Part shown: piece after piece, positions 30,985-43,056 of the stretch
Layout of the letters: each line of letters starts with the position of its first letter
Numbering within the stretch: the stretch's first letter is position 1
NCBI RefSeq assembly: GCF_009914755.1
Contig: NC_060932.1
DNA length: 64,000 bases
Direction: 5' to 3' (one strand)
DNA from: the human T2T-CHM13v2.0 reference genome, Homo sapiens
Translations under genes and position numbers: made by a program
The notes under the pieces: generated by a model
What the model was told of the DNA's origin: nothing
Databases searched by the model: none
Seen by the model: only the letters and a program-made list of their open reading frames with translations

Positions 30985-31718
30985 AGAGAAATGCAAATCA
31001 AAACCACAATGAGATAACCATCTCACACCAGTCAGAATGGCTATTATTAAAAAGTCAAAAAACAACAGATACTGACGAGGTTGTGGAGAAAAAGGAATGC
31101 TTTTTCACTGTTGGTGGGAGTGTGCTTTAACCGTTGTGGAAGACAGTGTGGCGATCCCTCAAAGATCTAGAGGTAGAAATACCATTTGACCCAGCAATTC
31201 CATTACTGGGTATATACCCAAAGGAATATAAATCATTCTATTATAATGGTACATGTATGTATATGTATGTTCTTTGCAGCACTATTCACAATAGCAAAGA
31301 CATGGAATCAACCTAAATGCCCATCAATGGTAGACTGGATAAAGAAAATGTGGTACATATACACCACGGGGTATTATGCAGCCATAGAAAGGAACAAGAT
31401 CATGTCCTTTGCAGGGACACAGATGGAGTTGGAAGCCATTATCCTCAGCAAACTAACACAGGAACAGAAAACCAAACACCACGTTCTTACAAGTTGGAGC
31501 TAAAGGATAAGAACACATGGGCACAATGGCAGGGAACAACACACACTGGGGCCTGTGGGCAGGTGGGAGAACATCAGGAAGAATAGCTAAAGGATGCAGG
31601 GCTTTATACCTAGGTGATGGGATGTTCTGTGCAGCAAGACACCATGGCACACATTTACCTATGTAACAAACCTGCACATCCTGCACATCTACCCCTGAAC
31701 TTAAAAGTTGAAGAAAAG
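30985..31718 (+). mobile_element. 5'-truncated L1PA (PA11-14-like) 3' end
   Basis: ORF2 C-terminal remnants ([34 protein letters not shown]); 3'UTR ending ACCCCTGAACTTAAAAGTTG. Confidence 0.88.
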
Positions 31719-32229
31719 AAACCCTGATCAATTCTGTCATCTTATCTGGCCGGTTTTTAAAAGACAATTTAGAAAGAAAGAAAGAAAAAAACATTACTGG
31801 CTCAAACATTGTCTGTCTCCTTTGAACTCATTTCTACAGTATGATTTGATAATAAGCATGTATTTGACAAATACAAATGCATGTGATGGTAAACATAAGT
31901 AAGGCCTCCCAGGGTGGCACTGAAAATATGTGTTCTCTTGCCAAAGATGTGTAAGTTAGCAATGGACTTAACAGCTTTCTCAGGGAGGCTCTGATACAGA
32001 GGAACACAAGGCTGGAGCCCGAGGGTCAGAACTACATTGAGAAATAGCAGGTGTAATCAATATCCATGAAATGCTTCAAATACATAGTTTTGTGCAAGCA
32101 CTAACAGTAATAACATTCCTAACCTAGGTGACATGTACTGTTCCTTGGGAGTTAACTGCTCACCTGCTACTCATCTCTCCAGCAGAGTGACACTTAGACA
32201 TTACCTTATACTTGTATAAATAAGAAAGT

Positions 32230-32522
32230 CAGCCAGGGGTGGTGGCTCACACCTGTAATCCCAGCAATTTGGAAGACTGGGGAGGGAGGATTGCTTGAGG
32301 CTAGGAGTTCAAGACCAGCCTGGGCAACATAGCAAGACCCCATTTCTAAAAAGAACTTTTAAAATGTAGCCAGGTGTGGCAACACATGCCTATAGTCCCA
32401 GCCACTCAAGAAGCTAACATGAAGAATCTCTTGAACCCAGGAGTTAAAGGCTACAGTGAGCTATGATCATACCACTACACTGCAGAGTGGGAGACAAAGC
32501 AAGATACTAATTCTAAAAATAA
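32230..32522 (+). mobile_element. AluJ
   Basis: GCCAGGGGTGGTGGCTCACACCTGTAATCCC...GGATTGCTTGAGGCTAGGAGTTC...AGCTATGATCATACCACT. Confidence 0.88.
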
Positions 32523-34199
32523 AAATTTTTTAAAAGAGAAAAGAATCTCCTTGTGCACTAGAAGCATTAATTCCTCTTCCTGGGAAGACCAATTTACCCA
32601 CAAGAACTGTGCTCACATTTCCTTTCTGTGGACTCAGAAAATAATCTTTGGAATTACAGGCTTCATACTTACTTCCTCCCTGTCCTTCTTAAACTTCTTC
32701 CTGTTTCTGAGTATGTACGAGGCTGAGCTTGGCTATCATGACTACTGAGCCTAAGAGCGGAGGCAGTTCCCTTTCTGCAAAACCATCATAAGAGACTTCA
32801 CTAGACTTGAGTGTGATTTTTTAGAGTTCCAAATATTTTTCTTGAGTATCTGGAACTATTTCATATGAAGATAATTTCCATAAGTGAGTAAAAAAATGAA
32901 AAAGAAATCATGTATATTATAGTTTCATATTAAGAGATTATTTCATTCAAGTGAGATTTGTTCAAAAAGCATTAGCAAGAAAATTTATTTAATATGACTA
33001 AAATTGCAAGGGGTCAGCTTTCATCCCGGTCTTGTGCTATAATACAATAGATTTCCTGTATGCCATAAAGAAGTATCTTCATGTTATAATAGATAAAATG
33101 TTTTCATGCAATGTATAGACTTCCATCTGCATTTTTGAAAAGTCCCTTTGGGCCAGAGTCTATTATATTTTCACAGGAAAATTCCTATTGAGGCTGATTG
33201 AATTCCAGAATAATTTGAAAGCAATTAAAGTCCATCAAAGGAATGGCAATACAGTTATCCTGGAAATGAATCAGATCCAAAAAGTGTAAAACAAGCCAGT
33301 CTAGATCTTTGGAGCAGCTCTAAGAATTTTCTTAAGTTTTACTGACTCACTACAGCCACTGTTCCAGTGCAGGAAAAAGTTGTGTCACAGGCTCCGCTCA
33401 AGTTTCAGAAATGGAAAAATTTCTTCAAATTCAATAACATCATTTCCAAATGGGCATTCTGTATAACCTGAAGTGTAAAACCTCTAGTATGCTTTATCAA
33501 AACTTGATCTAAATCTGATATAGCACAAGATTTCCAATTAAAAACCTTTGCTTCTGTGTTGTTGTTTCCTAAAAGTGTTTGAAGGGTCAGTCACGTCTCA
33601 CCACCTCACATCCTCAGTGAGTGCCAGGTAAGAGCTTCATACAAAAGCGCTACAGGAAAACAGCTCCACACAAAGCAAGGAAACATAAAAAAAAGAAAAG
33701 ACTATTTCCTTGTACATATCCTTAGAGCTGCATTACATCATTGGTGGATAATGCCTCATCTTCTTCATAATTCTTTACGACCCAAGATTATAAACTATAT
33801 TTAATAGCCTGCTTTTCATCAATCAATATTTGCTATATTCATATGTTTTAATAGAAACAAGTGGACAGCATTCTAAGGAAAATGAGGTTTTTCTAGATGT
33901 CTATTTTATAACTGTGCCATGTTGGAGTTGTTTGTGAAGACTTAAAAATCATTAATTGGAGCACTCTAATTAATTCTTTAGTTAAAATATAGAAATAAAA
34001 TTTCAGAGTAATTAACTCAATAAGTTAATGACTAATATTAGGTTATGTCAACTTCATTTTCATATTAAGAAACATTCCCTTTTAAACTTTAAGCTATCAA
34101 AAAGCATGAGCCCACCCTTAATTATAATATGATACAAAATTTTGAGAAATATGCTTACTTGAGAAAATTCCAAAAAAGGACTGATAGCCTGACATTTTG

Positions 34200-35219
34200 A
34201 GTAACGTACTATCTTAAATGACAGAAAACTACATCCAGGATAGCTGTGTGAGGATCTCCACAGACTTGCTCCCCAGTGAAGAAAACTGTGGCAATTAAAG
34301 TAAATAAATAAATAGGTGTCTGAAAACTGTCCTAAGGGTATATAGCAAATGGAGAAACATTTACTCAAGAAAATCTACTAAATCTCAGTAGGAAAAGTGA
34401 GAGTATTTGATTTGAAATTTGAGCCACAAATTCGCTGCCTCCCTTCTTCTACCCCAGCTTAGTATGATTAAAACTCCACTCTTTGGGAAATATGATCAAG
34501 AAGATGGGTCTCCCTCTTCCCTCAGCTCCCAGCCAAGGGATACTAATGGGTTGCAGAGGCTAAATCTCTTGGGGCTGTGACCCAGAGGTCATGAGCCCTT
34601 TTCCTTTACCCAATCCCCACTAACAGAGCAGAAGTTCTATCTCTAATCCTGCAAAAGGGCCCAAATATAATTGAATCAGATGTGGAGCAATTTATGTCCC
34701 ACGGCATTGCCAAAAACAATAGAATAATTAGCTAGCAATTAGTGGAACCTAACAGGTAGTTGTAATACCAATGGAAGCAAAGAGCTAGGCAGAGAAATCA
34801 AGGAAAGACACAGAGAGAGCCCTACTAACTTACTGTCATCCCAGAGTGACTGTGTACATGCCCAGGGCAGTGCTCTCTGAGAAACCACATTATAGGGTTC
34901 ACACTACAAGAGTAACAGACTTAATTAAAATAGTACAGCCGCTGGGTGCGGTGGCTCACGCCTGCAATCCCAGCACTTTGGGAGGCTGAGGTGGGTGGAT
35001 CACGAGGTCAGGAGTTCAAGACCAGTCTGGCCAACATGGTGAAACCATGTCTCTACTAAAAATACAAAAATATTAGCTGGGCGCGATGGCAGGCACCTGT
35101 AATGCCAGCTACTTGGGAGGCTGAGGCAGGAGAAAACCCAGGTAGAGGAGGTTGCAGTGAGCCGAGATCCTGCCACTGCACTCCAGCCTGGGCAACAAAG
35201 TGAGACTCCATCTCAAAAA

Positions 35220-35258
<39 letters not shown>

Positions 35259-37680
35259 AATAAAATAGTACAGCCAAGTCACTGAACAAATAAACAATCA
35301 AAAACAACAAAAGCCCCAGAGGGGTGGTGTAAGATGGGGCAAAAATGAACAGAAGATCAGAGAAATATGAGACTCTATTAAGTGCATTAATACATGCATA
35401 ATGGGAGTACCAGAAGAAAAGGAGAGAGAAAAAGAAGTGGAAATGAATAGTCAAGGAAATAATGGCTCAAACATCCCAAATTTAATATTTTTCTTAAAAA
35501 AAATCATTCATCTACATACCCAAGAAGCTCAACAAATTCCAAGCAGAATAAATACAGACTCACACCCAGATACATCATAGTACGAAATCTGGGGCAGGGG
35601 GGAAACCATTTGTTTTTGAAAGCAGAAACAGAAAAACGATTTGTCTTGTAGAAGGAAACCTCATTAAGCTTTATAGCTGGCATCTCAGCAGATGCTGAGA
35701 AAACAAAAACAGAAACAGAAACTTTTCACCAGGAGTTTTATATTTAGCAAAACTATCTCAAAGAAGGTAAAATAAAGATAGCCCATATAAACAAAAACTA
35801 AAGATTTGTCCCTATCAGATTTGCCTTATATAAAAATATATTAAAAAAAGGACTTCTGCCTGGAATGAAGTGACCCCAGATACTAATTTGAATCCATTCC
35901 AAAAAAAAAAGGGCACTGGTAAATGTAATTATGTAATTATGAAAGACAGTATAAATGCATTTCTTCCTTCTCTTAAAGAGCAATTGTATAAAATATCATG
36001 TAATTATGCTTTAGACCCAGAACATATACAAATGTGACATATTTGACAATGACAACACAAAGGAGGTAAATAAGAACAAAGTAGTACTGGAGTAAGAAAT
36101 CACACCAGACGGTGACTCAAATTTACAAGACAAAATGAACATAACCAGAAATGGTAAATTAAAAGCTTACTAGAAGAAACTCTATAAATATAATTTGTTC
36201 TCAAGTCTCTGCTTGCTTAATATACATACAATTACAGAAAAAATATAACAATGTATTGTTGGGCTTACAGCATGTATAGATGTAATATGTATAACAATAA
36301 TAGCACAAAAAGGGAGAAGAGAGTTCAGAGCTATTTAGTAGTAACTAAATAACTCACTGTAATAAAGTTATTATAAATCTGAAATAGATTCTGATAAATT
36401 AACAAGTATATGATATGCCCTTTAGCAACCACTGTGAAAATATACTCAAAAAAATGAAAAAAATAATTAAAGCAATTGAAATATACTAGAAAATATTCAC
36501 CTAATTAAAAAAAAAGTAATAGAGGAGGAATAAAGGAACAACAACAAAAAGATACAAGACATGTAGAAAACAAAAAGTAAAATGGCAGACACAAATCCAA
36601 CTATATAAACAATAACATTAAGTGCAAATGGGTTAAATAATCCAACTAAAAGGCAGAGAGACTGTCAGACTGGATTTCAAAAAAAAACAAGATCCAACTA
36701 TAAGTTGGAGACACACTTTAGATTCAAAAATATAAATAAGTTGAAAGTGAAAAGATGAAAAAAGATACATCATACAAATAGCAACTATAAGAAAGCTGGG
36801 GCAGCTATATTAATATCTGACAAAGTATATATTAAAATAAAAAATGTTACTAGAGATAAAGAAGGACAAAAGTCCCAAAATGAATGTAGAAAAAAACTGA
36901 CAGAATTGAAGGAAGAGATTATTCAACAACAGTCAGAGAATTCAATACACTACTTTCATAATAGACAGAAATAGGCATATCAACAAGGAAATAGAAGACT
37001 TGAACAACACAACAGGCCAACACTATAGACCTAACAGCCATCTATCTATAGAACACAGCATCCAACAACAGTACAATACATACTCTTAAGTACACATGGA
37101 TTATTCTGCAGGATAAACCATATGCTAAGCCAGAAAGCAAACCTCAATAAATTTAAGACTGAGATCATATAAAGTATGTTTTCTGATCACAACAGAAAAA
37201 AATTATAAATCAATAACAAATTTGGGAATTCATAAATATGTGGAAATTAAACAATGTACTCCTAAATAACCATTGCATCAAAAAGAAATTAAAAGGCAAA
37301 GTATTTTCTAATACCTTGAGATGAATGAAAACAAAAACATGGCATACCAAAACTTATTGGATGCAGCTAAAGCAATGCTCAGAGGAAAATTTATAACTGT
37401 TAATGCCTTTATTCAAAAAAGAATTCAAATCAATAACCTAACCTTCCACCTTAAAATACTGGAAAAGACACAAACTAAATACAAAGCAAGCAGAAGTTAG
37501 TCTGCTTTCTTACTAATCTTACTATTTTGTAAGATTTGAGCAGAGTTTGATGACATAGAGAATACAAACACAATAGAGAAAACCCCAAAATCCACTTTGG
37601 CTCCTTGAAAAAAATCAATAAAATTGACAAGCCTTCAGCTAAACTAACCAACAAAAAAAGAGTAAACTCAAATTATCTTA
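34200..37680 (+). mobile_element. Old L1M LINE (5'UTR, ORF1 and ORF2-EN remnants), heavily degenerate
   Basis: CAAGAAGCTCAACAAATTCCAAG (ORF1); AACATTAAGTGCAAATGG, TTCTGATCACAA, TGGAAATTAAACAA (EN domain); boundaries approximate. Confidence 0.75.
34941..35260 (+). mobile_element. AluS (AluSg-like) with (AAAT)n tail
   Basis: GGATCACGAGGTCAGGAGTTC; 15-bp TSD TAAAATAGTACAGCC at 34926-34940 and 35261-35275. Confidence 0.92.
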
Positions 37681-40032
37681 ATTGGCAAACCTTCTGACAA
37701 CAGTATTACTTTACACACCATCAGGTACGTTAGTTACCATGAATCAGAGGCACTTACATGTGTATAAGCTACATGAAAAATCATTTCACTTTGTTGCCTT
37801 ATTAAATTGTTTCATAAACAAAATGCACCCTAAATTAAATTTCAAGATCTATGACATTTGTCATTAATTCTCCCCTTTTTCTTTGGGAGATTCCTGCCCC
37901 AATTACAGGGTCCATCACATAGGTTTTACTTTCTTTCCTATCACACCATCAAAACAGATTTGAGATTAGTTGTTGTGCTTTTGTTTACTGACAAACTACC
38001 TTTCAAATTCATTCCTACAAAAGCGTATTATAAACAGTATTCATATTCTGAATCTGAGGTAACTAACTGTGGAATTAAAGGATTTTCCATATAAAGAATA
38101 TTATGCCTCCAAACAATGTCACCAATGGACACCATGATCTGAACCAAGTAGTTCATTTCAGTCTTTTACTCAGAAAATATACAGTAAATAAATTCAAATT
38201 GCTTCAATATACAGACATAAACACACATACACACACACCTGTGAAGGGTGAAGTCTGAACAACTAGATGTTATCCTGAAAGTCATTTAATTACTATTTGT
38301 TATTGTATTTGTTTATTTTGTGTATTTCAGGGAAAGATGAAAGAAGATTGCAAGAAGCATCAGAAGTCTAGTTCAAGAACAATCCCTGACTGTTCAGCAC
38401 CAACCCGGTCAGGAGTGGAGAGGCTGGTACCTGTGCAGTGTTTTGTTCCAGGAATGCCATATGAATGGCCTCTCATTTATGGAAGGCTTCAGATCTAGTC
38501 TTTTGATGTTAATTACAAATAAGGCTGCACGTGTGCAGCCAATGTTTGGCATGTGAGTGGTAACAGTGCTAGATGTAAATATTTTTGTCACAGTTTTGTA
38601 ACCATGCTTCACCATTTCCTCATTGTTGGACACTAGGAACTGTTATACATAAGGGAAGTCCAGGACCTCTCTCCGCTTTCAGAGGCACTGCCTGGTGCTG
38701 ACCCCATGTGATCCAGGGCTACCAACAGATCTCAACCCTTAGCAAGCCTCAACTTTTCCACACATTGCCATAACCCTAGTCCTTTCTCTTGCTGCCCAAG
38801 AATACATGATGAACTTTCTTTGCTTGAATTTCAGGGATATCTGGTGTGATTTTCATTTGTATTTAATGCTTCCATTATTACCGTCTCTACTCAACACATC
38901 TAAAAACTCTGAACATATACTTATTCCACCTGTCTTCTATTTCTATGACTTAGATATTCTGCATCACAAAATCCCTCCAAACTGGGACTATGTTTTTGAA
39001 GTCATTCATTTTACAATTATAACAACAATAACAATAATATTTATTGTTTGCTTTGTGCCAGGTACTCTACTGCTTTACATAAATTATCTCATTCTGTCAC
39101 ATCTAACGGCAACTAAGTATACGCTTACATCTGCTAGTGGCACCTAAAATAAGGATATTGTTGGTCATCTTTAAAGAAATGTCTTAACATACCAAAGAAG
39201 TGGAATCAATAGAATAAAATATTTAAGTCTTACAAAGCGTACGACACTAAAGTAATATAGGATACCACTAAATTTATATTTCTATGTATGGAAAGTAAAG
39301 CTATTCCTGGTACATGGTGCTGACCTTCTTTTTATCCTATTTCTTACACCTTTCTCAAATTCCTATTAAACCACAGCTTCGAATATGTCAAATAAATAAA
39401 TTTGATCCATACATTCAGTTAAATCCTTCAACTATGTAGTAATACCTAAAGTGAGTATTATGTTGCTGCATTAATGCCAAAAAATGTTTCCCATGGCAAT
39501 CCAGCCTAATATTAATTGTGGTATGGGTGCTGAAAAAATAAAATGAGACTTAATTTTACTAATCATTCACTTTGCATTTTGAAGCTCTATGCTGTTCTTA
39601 ATCAAAACTCTTATTTTATTATCAAGAATTACACTAGTTCTAAAATGAGTGAATTTTCTGTTGGAGACAGGAAATGAAGAACTACTAACACCGGGAATGT
39701 ATTTTTCCTTTCTCAATATTAACACATGATATATATTCATATTAATAACAACTCTGGAAACTAGTTTCATTCCTTCTACACATAAGCAATAAACAGTATG
39801 TGCAACTATGAATCCTAGCAGCAGTAATGTGGATATATAATATAGGGTTTCTTTGGAATATACAGCCATTTCTAATATTTCATTTCAGCAAGTGTACAGG
39901 CAACCATCACAGATGTCCATCAAAGCTGGATTAGATGAAGACAAACAACGCAGGCTTTGAGGATAAACTGAAGGTGCAGCTCAAAAGTTTCCTTTTCTTA
40001 TCCAAGGGCATTATAGGACCATTGTCTTCCTC
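37390..40032 (-). other. CA8: CA8 terminal non-coding (3'UTR) exon; 3' end uncertain because of several candidate poly(A) signals
   Basis: Acceptor T15-gcctaaag|GAGGAAGAC at 40032; unique AU-rich sequence; minus-strand AATAAA at 39615-39620, 39040-39045, 38312-38317, 37408-37413; fits my recollection that CA8 ends in a UTR-only exon. Confidence 0.72.
39040..39045 (-). terminator. Candidate CA8 poly(A) signal AATAAA within a MIR 3' tail
   Basis: Plus-strand TTTATT; the minus strand downstream is U/GU-rich (UAUUAUUGUUAUUGUUGUU); adjacent TGTGCCAGGTACT...CTTTACAT..ATTATCTCATT is MIR-like. Confidence 0.5.
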
Positions 40033-40477
40033 CTTTAGGCAAAAAAAAAAAAAAAATGAATCGATTATGTTACTGATATTCTTCCACAGCAGACTGAAAA
40101 GTCTTTTTACAGTACAAGAGATAGTAAAAACTAAAAATTTCATAAGAAAATGTGGAAATTTCAAAAATATCTTTGTGCTCAAGTTTGTTATCTCTGCAAT
40201 TTTTCCACAAAGTTTACCATAATTTTATTTCTATGACAGACCTATTAATGCAGGATTTCACAGAAGCAAATACTTTCATCCAAAATAAATAATGCTTGAA
40301 CTATTTTACAAACAAAAAATATGTATATCATGTCAAATAATAAAAATAAAGCTTTAAGTTCTTGTCATTCATTTCACATATAATAATCACAGATGGATGG
40401 TAGCTCAAGAGCACACAGACCCCTTCATTCCTAATTCCCAAATGACTTACAATTCTATTAAATAAATAATAAATGCA

Positions 40478-40479
<2 letters not shown>

Positions 40480-40518
<39 letters not shown>
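40480..40518. repeat. (TA)n microsatellite
   Basis: Perfect TA run of ~19 units. Confidence 0.95.
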
Positions 40519-40521
<3 letters not shown>

Positions 40522-40968
40522 CAATAGTACTTGTTTGAGATAACAAATAATGTGCTTCTCATATAGGAAAACAACATCAGCTAAGATTTTAGTTCAATGA
40601 TACTGAACTTTTTGATGTTGAACTAGCATTGCTAGCAATGGCAGTGGGAAATTTGCAGTCTTATTAGTTGCCTAAGGTAGGTAATAAATCTCTATTAAAA
40701 TTTAGAATGCATATACTTTTGGACTTGGAATTCTAGGAACTTATAATAGACATATAATTATCCAATCATACAAAGAGTCTATGTGTAAGGATATTCACTG
40801 CAAAAAGAAACTGGAAACAAACTAAATGGCCTCCTTCTGGGCAATGTCCTTTGGAAAAAAAGAAAAAATAATAAAACAAAATAGCCTCCTTTCCTTAATA
40901 AATTATATTACTATGCAGTATTTCAGAATTATGCATATATAGTATATATGTATCTGTGGACACACCTG

Positions 40969-40978
40969 CACACACACA

Positions 40979-41041
<63 letters not shown>
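40969..41041. repeat. Compound (CA)n(TA)n(CA)n microsatellite
   Basis: Directly visible. Confidence 0.95.
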
Positions 41042-41221
41042 TTTCTACATATGCATACATATATAAACATAGATACATACAAATATATAGAATGTCTGGA
41101 AAAATTTATTAGAAAATATTTATAATGCTGGGTTATGTATTTCCAAACTATATATTTTTTCCTGCTCCCACTCTACCAGGACCAAACTACATTTCAAATA
41201 TGATAGTCACAATAAAATCTT

Positions 41222-41358
41222 TTTAAATTTTTTAATCTTTTTAAATTGACAGAAAATATTGTAGATATTTATCATGTCAACAAAATGTTTTAAAATATAT
41301 ACACATTGTGAAATGGCTAAATCGAGCTAATTAGCATGTGTATTACCTCACATAGTTA
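41222..41358 (-). mobile_element. L1MA-type 3' end fragment
   Basis: TAAATTGACAG...ACACATTGTGAAATGGCTAAATCGAGCTAATTAGCATG..TATTACCTCACATAG. Confidence 0.7.
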
Positions 41359-41494
41359 AAAATATACTTTTAGCACTTTTCAAGAAAGTGATATGAAATT
41401 GATTATCAAACTGTAAAATCACACCAATTCAGAGTTAATGGGGCCTAAAGGTCACAATGTATTTATTTTCTGCAAAAGGAAATAACCTGGGGTC

Positions 41495-41764
41495 CAGTGT
41501 TTCCCAAACTATGTTCCATAAAAAACAACAACCTGGTTGAAAAAACGAATCCATGTTAAAAAATACTGTATCAACTCTGTTAAAATATGGTTCTTTAATT
41601 CAAAGCCATTTCAGAGGCTCTAATATGCTGATGTGCATTGCAAATCTCCAAAAGGAGGATATTATTACATCCAGGATTCTCCAGATATATGTGAACAGTC
41701 ACCTCTTGATTTAACACACATTTTGGAGGACCAGTGCGCTGCAGAACTCATTTGGGAGAGGCTG
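41495..41764. mobile_element. hAT-Charlie MITE (MER103-like)
   Basis: Terminal inverted repeats CAGTGTTTCCCAAA ... TTTGGGAGAGGCTG; a related copy in the opposite orientation at ~52843-53030. Confidence 0.55.
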
Positions 41765-42869
41765 GTCTAGAAGCATGTATCCTAAGTTTATGAAATTTCA
41801 TTATAAAGAATATATCCAGCCTTCTAAATATTAAGCTACCATGGCCCAAAACATGAAATAAAATATGGGTAGGTAAATACACAGTCATTCTAATCATACG
41901 AGGTCAGGTCTCAAGCCAAAGCAGAATTTAACATTTAGTATACATCCACAGTGCAACAGATGCACATACATGTTGGTGTCCTATTCATTTTTGAAGCTCT
42001 CAGGGCATGATTCAGGGGGTTCTTGGTAAATGCTGAATGAATTCTAATTTACCTACGTGTAGAATCTGCTGGTGAATTTGCACACTCACTCAGTTAAAAT
42101 CTCCCTCACATGGGGAAACTCAATACCCTATGCTATTGAGCTTTTCTTACTTATATATTTTTCAAAGAAATGACACCCACCTATGCCAAGATCATATGAT
42201 GATGATCTTATTAGCTTTACCTGCCTCAAAAATGTACACTTGATCTTGTTTACTGCAAATGCCAGATTAACTGAAAAAATGTTTCAATGAATCACAATCT
42301 GGGGTATGGATTTGGAATGAGGGAGAACCAAGTCCAAATCCCAGCTCTTCTATCCAATTTGCTGTAAGATTTTAGGCAATTTACTTGCCCCTTCTGAGAC
42401 TCAGACAATATCTACTTCTTAGGGAATGTGTGGGACTGTAATGACAGCAGATATCATGTGCTGAGCATAGTACTATAAGTAATAATTTTGGTTGATTTTA
42501 AAATCATCTCACTAGCTAAAAATTAAACTACAATACTGTGCTCCAACATAAATGTGAAGTATGGCCCATTATGTTTATGCCATGTGTTGGAAGTTTACTT
42601 TTCAGTGTTTTAGAGAAAGTTTTCATAGGATAAAGTAATGCTTGGTCTCATCTGTTCCGTATTCCCAAGCTCCAGCCCAACACCTGACCCAAAGCACTCA
42701 GAAAATGTGTGCGTGCATGCATAAATAAGTGCAACAAAATGACAGTAGCAATTGCTAATATTATTTATATCAAAATTATGCATGCATATAAAGGCTTAAA
42801 GTTTTTAAATGTTTGTTATGAAACTATCAGTCCCTTGTCCTATGTGTCACCAATTTCCTTCTCCTTAAC

Positions 42870-43008
42870 TCTTTTAGCTGATTATTTTAACACTAGAGAG
42901 CTAAATGGCATGATTGTATTGCTACCTTTCAATTTTGTTTCAGTATTATGTATAAATTTTTCCTATGGAGAATGAAGATTTGACCCTCTTTCCTCCTGTC
43001 AACATCAT

Positions 43009-43056
<48 letters not shown>

